In this document: in pieces, positions 29,365 to 38,512 of the stretch
Layout: every line of letters begins with the position of its first letter
Numbering within the stretch: position 1 is the first letter of the stretch
NCBI GenBank assembly: GCA_963729605.1
Contig: CAVSNY010000006.1
Location: forward strand, 384,001 to 448,000
From: an uncultured Gammaproteobacteria bacterium
Lineage (GTDB): Bacteria; Pseudomonadota; Gammaproteobacteria; DRLM01
DNA: 64,000 nt
Direction of reading: 5' to 3'
Notes under the pieces: generated by a model
Databases searched by the model: none
Told to the model about the DNA's origin: nothing
The model's input: the letters and a program-made list of their open reading frames with translations, nothing else
Translations under genes and position numbers: made by a program

Positions 29365-30339
29365 ATGTCTTTACGATACGACGCCTTGAAAATTCTCAGT
29401 GACGGCGGCTTTCATTCCGGCACACGGCTGGGCGGCGCCCTCGGCGTCAGCCGCACCGCGGTGTGGAAACACCTGCGCGCCTTGGGCGAACTCGGGCTGG
29501 ATATCTACGCCGTGCCGGGCAAGGGCTATCGCCTGGCCCAGCCGGTGGAATTCTTGGACGCGCGGACTATCACGTCGGCCATGGACGCCGACGCGCGCGC
29601 CCTGCTCGGCGGCATCGAAGTCCACCCGCGCCTCGACTCCACCAATACCCATTTAATGAAACAGGCCGCCGCCGGCCTGGCTTCCGGGCACGCCTGTCTG
29701 GCGGAATACCAAGAGGCCGGCCGCGGCCGGCGCGGCCGCAACTGGGTCTCGCCCTTCGGCGCCAACATTTATTTATCGATCCTGTGGCGTTTCACCCTCG
29801 ACCCCACTCAACTCGGCGGCCTGAGTCTCGCGGTGGGCGTGGCCATGGCCCGCGCCCTGCGCGCGGCGGGCGTCGACGGTCTCGGCCTCAAATGGCCCAA
29901 CGATGTGCTGTGGCAAGGCCGCAAATTGGCGGGCATCCTGCTGGAGATGAGCGGCGAGTCCTTCGGCGCCAGCAGCGTGGTGGTGGGCCTGGGCGTCAAT
30001 TGCCGCATGCCCAAGGCGGCCGGCGCCCACATCACACAAGCTTGGACCGATCTCGAAGAAATCCTGGGACGCCGCCTCTCGCGCAACACACTGGCGGCTT
30101 CCTTATTAAGCGAGGTATTGCCGGTGCTGCGCGATTATCAAACCCAAGGGCTCGCGCCCTTTCTCGACGAGTGGCAACACCACGACGCGATGCGCGGCAA
30201 AACCGTCAATCTGCAACTGCCCAATCAATCCATCACCGGCATCGCGGCGGGGGTGGACCGCGACGGCGCCCTGTTGCTGACCCGCGACGGCGCCACCCAG
30301 CGCTATCTCGCCGGCGAAATCAGCGTCAGGATGGCGTAA
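29365..30339 (+). CDS. birA: Biotin-protein ligase / repressor BirA
   Basis: HTH SRTAVWK, DSTN, GRGRRGR, KWPND, KLAGIL. Confidence 0.97.
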   Translation: MSLRYDALKILSDGGFHSGTRLGGALGVSRTAVWKHLRALGELGLDIYAVPGKGYRLAQPVEFLDARTITSAMDADARALLGGIEVHPRLDSTNTHLMKQAAAGLASGHACLAEYQEAGRGRRGRNWVSPFGANIYLSILWRFTLDPTQLGGLSLAVGVAMARALRAAGVDGLGLKWPNDVLWQGRKLAGILLEMSGESFGASSVVVGLGVNCRMPKAAGAHITQAWTDLEEILGRRLSRNTLAASLLSEVLPVLRDYQTQGLAPFLDEWQHHDAMRGKTVNLQLPNQSITGIAAGVDRDGALLLTRDGATQRYLAGEISVRMA

Positions 30340-30467
30340 CCGGCGATGCGAGCATTCAGCGCAATTTTCTCGGCCCGTCATGCCGGCCCGCGCCGGAGCG
30401 ACGGCGTGTACGCATTAAACCGCTAATCCAACAACCCAACACGGCTCACACGAAAAAGGATGTTCTC

Positions 30468-31223
30468 TTGATACTGCTGATCGACATCGGCAACAGCCGC
30501 GTCAAATGGGCCAGCCTCCAGCGAGGCAAACGCGCCACCGGCCACAGCGCCCCGCGTCCGCTGGGAAGCGAATGGGAGGCCTTCGCCGCCATGGCGTGGG
30601 GCACGCTGCGCGCGCCGAAAAAAATCCTGGTCTGCAACGTCGCCGGTCAAACCCATGCCGAAGCGTTACGCGCCTGGACTCTCCAACACTGGCAAGTCGA
30701 ACCGCGTTTCATCCTCGCCCAGGCCGCCGCCTGCGGCGTGCGCAACGCCTACACCGTCCCCGAACGTTTGGGCGCCGACCGCTGGGCGGCCCTGATCGCC
30801 GCGCGCGCGCGCTGGAAAACAGCGCTGTGCGTGGTCGATGCCGGCACCGCCATCACCCTCGACGTGATCGACGCCGACGGCGCCCATCTGGGCGGCCTGA
30901 TCCTGCCCGGCATCGAGATGATGCGCCGCAGTCTGCTGGAGCGCAGCGAAGGTATCCGGCTGGCCGCCGATACGCCGGCCCCCGGCGACATCAGCCTGCT
31001 GGCCCGCGACACCCGCGACGGCATCGACGGCGGCACGCTCTACGCCGCGGTCGCCGCCATCGACCGCATCATCGCCGACACCGGCGCGGCCTTGAACCTC
31101 TCCCTCACCCGCGTCATCACCGGCGGCGACGCGGAAACCATCTTGCCCTTATTGGCCGGACCCTATCATCATGTGCCGGAGTTGGTATTGGACGGCCTCG
31201 CCGTCATCGCGGAGGAAAAATGA
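30468..31223 (+). CDS. coaX: Type III pantothenate kinase
   Basis: LLIDIGNSRVKW, LGADRW, VDAGTAITLD, GGLILPG, TGGDA, LVLDGL; TTG start. Confidence 0.95.
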   Translation: MILLIDIGNSRVKWASLQRGKRATGHSAPRPLGSEWEAFAAMAWGTLRAPKKILVCNVAGQTHAEALRAWTLQHWQVEPRFILAQAAACGVRNAYTVPERLGADRWAALIAARARWKTALCVVDAGTAITLDVIDADGAHLGGLILPGIEMMRRSLLERSEGIRLAADTPAPGDISLLARDTRDGIDGGTLYAAVAAIDRIIADTGAALNLSLTRVITGGDAETILPLLAGPYHHVPELVLDGLAVIAEEK

Positions 31224-31462
31224 GAGTCCTGTTTCTATTGCTCATCATCGCCAACCTCGGCCTCTTCGCCTGGCATACTCAAACCCAGCGTCTGGACCAG
31301 GCCCTGCTCCTCGGCCCGCAGCCGGTCGATGAACGCACCCCGCCGCTGCTCTTGCTGAACGAACTGCCCAAACAAACACCGCCGGCGGAACCCGCGGCGC
31401 CGCGCGAGTCCGCGCTGCAAGAACTCCCCGCCGATCCGCCGCCGCCCGCCGAATTGCCTTAG
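31220..31462 (+). CDS. Short membrane protein; N-terminus of the usual coaX-linked SPOR protein without the SPOR domain
   Basis: MRVLFLLLIIANLGLFAW followed by a Pro-rich tail; ATG overlaps the coaX stop. Confidence 0.65.
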   Translation: MRVLFLLLIIANLGLFAWHTQTQRLDQALLLGPQPVDERTPPLLLLNELPKQTPPAEPAAPRESALQELPADPPPPAELP

Positions 31463-31516
31463 CGGGCGCGATTACATACAATTTCGGCTCCATCCGATAA
31501 CAAACTTATCTTCAAC

Positions 31517-31592
31517 GCTGGCGTAGCTCAGTCGGTAGAGCAACTGATTTGTAATCAGTAGGTCACGGGTTCGACTCCTGTCGCCAGCACCA
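31517..31592 (+). tRNA. tRNA-Thr(TGT)
   Basis: GCTGGCG/CGCCAGC acceptor stem, anticodon arm CTGAT-TTGTAA T-CAG with TGT, GGTTCGACTCC T-loop, CCA end. Confidence 0.97.
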
Positions 31593-31677
31593 AAAATCAG
31601 TAACTTATGAAGATCAGCTTAAGCGGCCTTTTCAGTGTAGACGCCCTGTAGACGTCTTAATACGCATTTAAGTCAGT

Positions 31678-31722
31678 CTGAAAATCCCTGTGTCGGCGGT
31701 TCGATTCCGTCCCTGGTCACCA
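31678..31722 (+). mobile_element. 3' half of tRNA-Phe(GAA), probable att-site scar
   Basis: CTGAAAATCCCTGTGTCGGCGGTTCGATTCCGTCCCTGGTCACCA: anticodon loop, T-arm and CCA, but no D-arm or 5' acceptor strand. Confidence 0.8.
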
Positions 31723-31982
31723 ATAATAACTTCACCTCTCAGTGCAGCCCTTGTAAGCACAGGTATTTAGTGCGCGCAGCAAACCTTGCGGTGGTTTCAG
31801 CACCGACCGCACACGCACGAAGTGCGCGGACGCGTGTCGGCGTGTTATTCACGTGCAGGCGCCGTTCAGAAACCGAGAGAGGATATAAAAGTCCCCCCGG
31901 GGTGAGTCATACAACGTTACCCGGAGGCGTCGTTAGCTGGAAATGGTGAGGAGGGCTGCGACGGCTATAGCTTAACCACCTC

Positions 31983-32516
31983 TTAACTCTGGGTGAGCTT
32001 ATGCAAGTCAATAAACATAATTGGATGCTCAGTACTCTGGGAATTGAGGAGAGTAAAGCCTCTACGTTTATACCAGCTCACAGCGTTGCGTTTTGCATCG
32101 ACCACCAAAAATCTACACCCCACATGAGGCATAATGTTTTGCGTTACATGAGCTATACACCAGTCGATCATTCCGGTGCCGTGCCCTTTAGATTGCAAGT
32201 TTGCGTGCACAGCGAATCGAGCTATCTTTAATGCTGGAAATGTTTTATACCCGTTAGCGCCGTCACAATCGTCTAGCCGCGTTTCGGATTGATTCACTAT
32301 TTCGCTGCACGTGAGAGTTATGAAACCACAGATGTCCGCATCATCGTCTAGCGAATTAACTAGAACGAAAGTTTTAGCAATATTGGATGAATGAAATTTT
32401 TTAGCGTCCCTTATTAGGAACGTTTTTAGCGGATTGAAGTCTTTATCCCCGAGCGAAAACTTTTTAACTGCATCCCCGGGCCTAATTGGCCGCAGAAATA
32501 GCGCGCGCTCCGACAA
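31983..32516 (-). CDS. GNAT acetyltransferase toxin (AtaT/TacT-like)
   Basis: FSLGDKDFNPLKTFL, PALKIARFAVHANLQSKGHG, FLVVDAK..AVSWYKRRGF; AT-rich; GGGAGGGAG RBS. Confidence 0.8.
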   Translation of the reverse strand: MSERALFLRPIRPGDAVKKFSLGDKDFNPLKTFLIRDAKKFHSSNIAKTFVLVNSLDDDADICGFITLTCSEIVNQSETRLDDCDGANGYKTFPALKIARFAVHANLQSKGHGTGMIDWCIAHVTQNIMPHVGCRFLVVDAKRNAVSWYKRRGFTLLNSQSTEHPIMFIDLHKLTQS

Positions 32517-32573
32517 ATCTCCCTCCCAATAACCGAATGTCTTCCTCTGGTGGGAAGTTATAATAAAACGTAA

Positions 32574-32759
32574 TTATTTTTTGCGAGTTGTGATCGTCGC
32601 GTAACCCCGAGCATTAAACTCATTTACTAATTTTTTACCGCGCGCCAACGCATCATGAGCGGCCTTCGAAGGGCGCCCATATGTAACTTGGCGTTCAAAC
32701 GCAGTTGCGTCTTCGCCGGAAATTTTGATTCCACCAAATGTGGTAGTCTTCACAGCCAT
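32574..32759 (-). CDS. Small putative antitoxin (61 aa)
   Basis: Directly upstream of the GNAT; IKISGEDATAFERQV...PSKAAHDAL resembles the C-terminal half of DUF1778 antitoxins. Confidence 0.6.
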   Translation of the reverse strand: MAVKTTTFGGIKISGEDATAFERQVTYGRPSKAAHDALARGKKLVNEFNARGYATITTRKK

Positions 32760-33115
32760 GGATTTGACCCTTTGCCGACCGCGCTAAAAAGCAGCATTTT
32801 GCTCTACTTGTTATCGACAAAAAAACCCGCAAGATTATCCGCGGGCGAAAAAAAGAAGTTTCTTAGCAGGCAATTTCCAATTACCTGGAAGTAATTATGG
32901 TTCACGCTATACAATTTGTATATAGTTTGTCTACAGTTTTATAAGGCTTGAATATTGAGATTCGAATTAAGTTATTGATTTTTAAGAGTCCGCCTTCCGC
33001 CCAGTTGAGCAGCATAACGGTCTTTTCTTTTGCCAATGCTACCCCTGGCCGAATACCAGGTTCCCGAGCGCAATTTATTCAGCTTTAGGGCACGCCCAAC
33101 TTCCCCGCCTTTGCT

Positions 33116-33205
33116 CGCCAAACGGAGCCGTTCTGGTTCTGTATAAATTCGCTCTAACAGAGCCGTAGCAAAATCAACCAAATCTTCTGCGTCTGACTCA
33201 CTAAG
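33116..33205 (-). pseudogene. Remnant resembling the C-terminus of a DUF4145 protein
   Basis: LSESDAEDLVDFATALLERIYTEPERL with no intact N-terminus. Confidence 0.5.
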
Positions 33206-33604
33206 AGTTCTTTAAAGACTGCCTATAGAAAGAGCTTTGCCCGTTCTTAGACCGAGCCAATACAGAGGTCGGGCGGGCTTGATGGCATGCGCATGATATT
33301 GCCGGACGCCGGTTGTTTCCTTATCTGCTCTCTGCTAATGCTGCTTGCCGAGCAGGGACTGATCGGTAACTCAGCGTGAACGCTAGAAAGAACGCAAAGG
33401 GTCGAATTGAGAGGCTACCGAAATGGACTTCGTCGAGCGGCTAATAACCGTGGATTAAAATATCTAGCGGAGGAAGGGCCAAATACCAAGTGCGGCAACC
33501 ACTTCCTTATCTCACGTATGCATCAAACAAGATGCTCAAGTCAATAGCATCGCCTTCAGCGAGCCTTGGGTTTAAGTTTGACGGTTTAATCTATTGGAAT
33601 GAAC

Positions 33605-34098
33605 ATGACAGGAAACGAGTGGAAGACATACGAAGAAGTCGCAACATTCCTCCTTCATCAGTTTGCAGAGCACTTCGGCCTTGGCCGTTTTGAGGGCAAG
33701 CAAGTCGTCCCTGGAGAAAGCGGAACCAAATGGGCGATGATGCAAAGGGGTGCGCGGAAGATGGCAAGCAATTCGTCATAGTCGAATGCAAGCGGTACCC
33801 CAACAGAGGTATCAGCCAAGCAATCGTCGCTTCCTTGGCGTGGACAATTCAGGATACAGGCGCGGCTGGCGGCGTCCTTGTTTCACCAGTCGGATTTCAG
33901 GATGGCGCGAGGAAGATCGCTGCCGCCACAACAATAAGTGAAGTCACGCTCAGGGAAGACTCTACAACTACTGACTACATGCTTAAGTTCCTCAATAAAA
34001 TTTTCTGTGGCGTCTCAGACAACATCAGCATTACTGAGAGTATCTCTATTGTCATCCAAGATGAGAGCGGCAATGTCATCGAAACTCGCCGTGGGTAG
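33605..34098 (+). pseudogene. Mrr-like PD-(D/E)xK endonuclease, frameshifted near 33737
   Basis: WKTYEEVAT...GESGTKW joins (I)DAKG...FVIVECKRY...GVLVSPVGFQDGA if one base is restored. Confidence 0.75.
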
Positions 34099-34282
34099 CT
34101 AACCGGAGTTAGAAAACTCTTTATTTACGGGACAAGAGGGTTAATCGGGATGCATCCAATTACGCTGCCAACCTATACGATTTGAAAGCTGGGATATTAC
34201 CGGGACAGAGTCCAGCGTCAAGCCGAGTTGGATTAAGCGCCATGCCTCATGTCCGATCTTCGGCTCGACATATATCCAGCTG

Positions 34283-36868
34283 TTATTTGGACTTCATCTT
34301 CCGCAGCAATGGCCCTGCATTCTCCAGATAGCGCGCAAGATACGGCGCCGTGCGGCTGGCCGCGGTCCGCGCCACTTGCGCGGGCGGGGCAGCAATCACG
34401 ATTTGTCCGCCCTCATCACCGGCGCCGGGGCCGATATCGATCACCCAGTCGCTGCCGGCGACGACGCGCATGTCGTGTTCGACTACGATGACGCTGTTGC
34501 CGGCCTCGACCAAGCCGTCGAGCTGCGCCATGAGTTTCTCGACGTCGGCCGGGTGCAGTCCCGTGGTGGGCTCGTCGAGGATGTAGAGCGTGTTGCCGCG
34601 CGAGGCCCGCTGCAGTTCGGTGGCCAGCTTGATGCGCTGCGCCTCTCCCCCGGAGAGTTCGGTGGCGGGTTGGCCGAGCCGCAGATAGCCGAGCCCCACT
34701 TCGCGCAACACATGCAGCGCGGAGTGGAGCGGCGGCGCGTCGGCAAAAAAATCCCACGCCGCGTCCACCGTCAGCGCCAACACGTCGGCGATATTTTTGC
34801 CACCGTATTTTATCTCCAGTGTTTTGGGATTGTAGCGCGTGCCATGACAGGCGGGACACGGCGCGTAAACGCTCGGTAAGAACAACAACTCAACCATCAC
34901 GAAGCCTTCGCCCTCGCAGGTGGCGCAACGGCCTTTGGCGACGTTGAATGAAAAGCGGCCGGCGTCGTAGCGCCGCGCACGTGCGGCGGCGGTCGCGGCA
35001 AATAATTTGCGCACGTGATCGAACAGCCCGGTGTAGGTGGCGAGATTGGAACGCGGCGTGCGGCCTATCGGTTTTTGATCGACCCGCACCAAGCGCTTGA
35101 TGCCTTGCAGGCCGCCACTGATGCGGCCGCCGAGCGTGGTGACCGGGCTGCGTTCGAGTTCGTCGCCCTCTTCCTCATCGGCGCCGAGGACGTGGCCGAG
35201 TTCACTCGCCACCAGTTCCACCAGCACTTGGCTGACCAGACTGGATTTGCCCGAGCCGGAAACGCCGGTGATGCTGGTGAAGACACCGAGCGGAAACGCG
35301 ACGTCGAGCGCGGAAAGATTATTGCGCGTGACACCGCTGAGGCGCAGCCATGCCGTCGGCTCACGCGGCGCGCGCTCCGCCGGCGCGTGATCGGCGAACA
35401 AATAAGCCCGGGTCTGCGACTGGGCAATCTCACGCAGGCCGTCGGGCGGACCGCTGTACAGCACGACCCCGCCGTGTTCGCCGGCGGCGGGGCCTACATC
35501 GACGATCCAATCGGCATGGCGCACCACGTCGAGTTCATGCTCGACCACGAACAGCGAATTGCCCGAGGCCTTGAGGCGATCGAGCGCGCGCAGCAGTGCT
35601 TCAGTGTCGGCGGGATGAAGTCCGGCCGATGGTTCGTCGAGCACGTACACCACGCCGAACAAATTGGAGCGTACCTGTGTCGCGAGCCGCAGGCGCTGCA
35701 ATTCACCGGGCGATAGCGTCGGCGTGCTGCGCTCCAGCGTGAGATAACCAAGGCCGAGGTCGAGCAACGCGCCGAGGCGCGCCAGCAAATCTTCGGTGAT
35801 ACGCCGCGTCACCAGCGCTTTTTCCGGGTGCTCCTTGGACAATGCGGCGAGATCGGCCGCCGAGCCCTCGGCATAAGGGCGAATCAGTTCGGCGAGTCGG
35901 ATCAACGGCAGCCGCGCGATGTCGGCGATATCGAGCCCGGCGAATTTCACCGCCAGCGCTTCGCGCCGCAAGCGTTTGCCGCGGCAGAGCGAACACTCGG
36001 TCCCCGCCAGATACTGCGCAGCGCGCCGCTTCATCAACGCGCTCTGGCTGTTGGCGAAGGTGTGCAGCACGTGACGGCGTGCGCTGGTGAAGGTGCCCAT
36101 GTAGCTCGGCTCTTCCTTGCGCTTGAGCGCGCGTCGCACCTCGGCGGGCGTGTAGCCCGCATACACCGGCACCACCGGCTGTTCGTCGGTGAAGAGTATC
36201 CAGTCGCGATCCTTCTTCGGCAGCTCGCGCCAGGGCCGGTCGATGTCGTAGCCGAGAGTCACCAGAATGTCGCGGAGACTCTGGCCATGCCAGGCGGTCG
36301 GCCAGGCGGCGACCGCGCGCTCGCGAATGGTGAGCGTGTCGTCGGGTACCAGCGAACGTTCGGTCACCTCGTAGACGCGACCCAGACCGTGGCATTGCGG
36401 ACACGCGCCTTCGGGCGTGTTCGGTGAGAACGATTCCGCATACAGCAATTCTTGGCCGCGCGGATAATGGCCGGCCCGTGAATACAACATGCGCAGCAGA
36501 TTGGCGAGCGTGGTGACACTGCCCACCGATGAACGGGTGGTGGGCGAACCGCGCTGCTGCTGCAGCGCCACCGCGGGCGGCAGGCCGTCGATCTCATCGA
36601 CATCCGGCACCGCCATTTGATGAAACAGCCGCCGAGCGTAGGGTGAAACCGATTCGAGATAACGCCGCTGCGCCTCCGCGTACAGCGTGCCGAAGGCCAG
36701 CGACGACTTACCGGAACCCGACACACCGGTGAATACCACCAGGGCACCGCGCGGAATGATGAGATCTACATTTTTAAGATTATGTTCGCGCGCACCGTGC
36801 ACACGCACGAAACCGGTAAACCGTACATCCGGCGCGGCGCGAGTAGGCTGTTTGCCCGTTTCTTTCAT
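34283..36868 (-). CDS. Class II UvrA (UvrA2/DrrC-like ABC ATPase)
   Basis: GAREHNLKN, two GVSGSGKSS Walker A motifs, Zn fingers, [15 protein letters not shown]; 861 aa, shorter than canonical UvrA. Confidence 0.9.
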   Translation of the reverse strand: MKETGKQPTRAAPDVRFTGFVRVHGAREHNLKNVDLIIPRGALVVFTGVSGSGKSSLAFGTLYAEAQRRYLESVSPYARRLFHQMAVPDVDEIDGLPPAVALQQQRGSPTTRSSVGSVTTLANLLRMLYSRAGHYPRGQELLYAESFSPNTPEGACPQCHGLGRVYEVTERSLVPDDTLTIRERAVAAWPTAWHGQSLRDILVTLGYDIDRPWRELPKKDRDWILFTDEQPVVPVYAGYTPAEVRRALKRKEEPSYMGTFTSARRHVLHTFANSQSALMKRRAAQYLAGTECSLCRGKRLRREALAVKFAGLDIADIARLPLIRLAELIRPYAEGSAADLAALSKEHPEKALVTRRITEDLLARLGALLDLGLGYLTLERSTPTLSPGELQRLRLATQVRSNLFGVVYVLDEPSAGLHPADTEALLRALDRLKASGNSLFVVEHELDVVRHADWIVDVGPAAGEHGGVVLYSGPPDGLREIAQSQTRAYLFADHAPAERAPREPTAWLRLSGVTRNNLSALDVAFPLGVFTSITGVSGSGKSSLVSQVLVELVASELGHVLGADEEEGDELERSPVTTLGGRISGGLQGIKRLVRVDQKPIGRTPRSNLATYTGLFDHVRKLFAATAAARARRYDAGRFSFNVAKGRCATCEGEGFVMVELLFLPSVYAPCPACHGTRYNPKTLEIKYGGKNIADVLALTVDAAWDFFADAPPLHSALHVLREVGLGYLRLGQPATELSGGEAQRIKLATELQRASRGNTLYILDEPTTGLHPADVEKLMAQLDGLVEAGNSVIVVEHDMRVVAGSDWVIDIGPGAGDEGGQIVIAAPPAQVARTAASRTAPYLARYLENAGPLLRKMKSK

Positions 36869-37290
36869 AAGCGCCCCGGTTATACGACACGAAGTGGGCT
36901 GGAGGACCGATTGGTTTAATCAGTGACGGTGGTGGGGTACATCATTAGCATAGTATAAGAAGCGTCATGACGCGGCGGTGACATGCATGGCCTCGCGCTT
37001 GCGGTTGATTACGCCGCCTAGCCGTCCACTTCCGATCAGCTCAGATCATAAACTCCGCACGTGTTAAGCACCGCATAGCCACATTTATAGCTCCAAGCGC
37101 AAGGGTAAATATTTTGCGTTTATCAAAAGTAAAGATTTCAAAACTGCTGTAAAGCCTGCACGTGAACAACACCGGTATTGCCTGATACCTTATGTAATTT
37201 CCCGAGGGACAATGGCTTGCGCGTAAAAAATTTCCGGCCTGCTATTTGCTAAGACAACCTGTGTGTTTAACTTGTAACAGGAGAGATATC

Positions 37291-37536
37291 ATGACTCAGC
37301 AGGACAAGCGCAATCAAAATCAAAACCCCAACGATCCCAACCAAAAACAAAAACCTGGTCAGCAAAATATCGGCCAGCAAAATCCTCAGAACCGGGGCAG
37401 GCAAGAGCAGGACGAGCCTGATTCCGCTCGTCAAGATTACGATACGGAAAATCCTGGCCGGAAAAACCGCAATGTGCAGGATCCGCGGGAAGCCGGCCGT
37501 AACAAAGGCCAGAAAACACCAGACCGTGTTATTTAA
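37291..37536 (+). CDS. Small Gln/Asn-rich hydrophilic (disordered) protein
   Basis: AGGAGAG RBS then MTQQDKRNQNQNPNDPNQKQKPGQQ...; hydrophilin-like composition. Confidence 0.65.
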   Translation: MTQQDKRNQNQNPNDPNQKQKPGQQNIGQQNPQNRGRQEQDEPDSARQDYDTENPGRKNRNVQDPREAGRNKGQKTPDRVI

Positions 37537-37542
37537 TGTGTA

Positions 37543-38375
37543 GAACCTATCTCAAAATTGCCTGAGCAGGATACCGATGGTTGCCAGCTGCACAAACCCG
37601 AGAAAATTCTCGGCGTAGTATTCCCAACGGACCAGGAGACGACGTTGCCATTGAAGCCAGGCAAAGAAGCGTTCCACCAGCCAGCGTCGTTCGTATCGGC
37701 GCAGGCGACGCCCGTCTTGTGTCTTGGATTTTACGCGATTCTGCCGGTGCGGCGAGATCATCTCGATGCCCTCTTGCCGCAATTCCTCGTCCAGTTTGTC
37801 GCTGTCGTAGGCACGATCGCCAATCAGATTTTCCGGCTTCGCTTCGATCATGTAGAACTCGAAACTCAGCTGCACCAGCGTGACTTCATGGTGGTTCGCC
37901 GCATGCGTACTGACCGCCAGCGGCAAGCCGTGACGATCCACAATTGCCATGATTTTAACGCCTTTTCCGCGTTTTGTCGGGCCGATCTCCGCGCCGCCGC
38001 CCTTGGCCGAGGCAAACGTGGCATCGATAAAGCATTCCGATTCATCCAGCACGCCTTCATCGCGCAGCGTGTTGGCGAGAGAGGTCATGACATCACGCAG
38101 CACTTCGTTGCGGCACCAATTCTGAAAACGGCGATGCACCGTTTTGTAGTTCGGATAGCATTGCGGCAGCATATGCCACTGCGCGCCGGTATTGAGAATC
38201 CAGAGAACGGCATCGAGGACTTGACGGGAAGAAATCGGCTTGCGACCTGCGCGCCCCGCCGCAATGTTTTCCTCCGGAAAGTGTTCCCGGATGCGTTCCC
38301 AGTGTTGGTCGCTCAGCCGTAGCATGCGGCAAATTATATGCGATTCTGCTCAGCTTGTGATTTTGAGATAGGTTC
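37543..38375 (-). mobile_element. Complete IS5-family insertion sequence (833 bp)
   Basis: Perfect 16-bp IRs GAACCTATCTCAAAAT (37543-37558 / 38360-38375), with TA on both sides (target duplication). Confidence 0.93.
37552..38325 (-). CDS. IS5-family DDE transposase
   Basis: LWILNTGAQWHMLP..YPNYKTVHRRF, IDAT, GDRAYD, YERRWLVERFFAW. Confidence 0.95.
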   Translation of the reverse strand: MLRLSDQHWERIREHFPEENIAAGRAGRKPISSRQVLDAVLWILNTGAQWHMLPQCYPNYKTVHRRFQNWCRNEVLRDVMTSLANTLRDEGVLDESECFIDATFASAKGGGAEIGPTKRGKGVKIMAIVDRHGLPLAVSTHAANHHEVTLVQLSFEFYMIEAKPENLIGDRAYDSDKLDEELRQEGIEMISPHRQNRVKSKTQDGRRLRRYERRWLVERFFAWLQWQRRLLVRWEYYAENFLGFVQLATIGILLRQF

Positions 38376-38388
38376 TAATAAAGATGGA

Positions 38389-38421
38389 AGTGCGTGCCGG
38401 GCTTAAATCCCGGCACGCATG
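38389..38421. terminator. Hairpin, probably the original terminator of the 37291 gene
   Basis: GTGCGTGCCGGG-CTTAAAT-CCCGGCACGCAT. Confidence 0.55.
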
Positions 38422-38512
38422 CCTAATGCCACGACCATTTGCATGATCATTTAAAGATCGGTCATCCATAATCTATACATTCTGCTGAATCATTCACGCC
38501 TTTACTCAAGCC

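Noticed and set aside
31655-31722. Second complete tRNA gene
   Set aside because: No D-arm or 5' acceptor strand; treated as an att scar.
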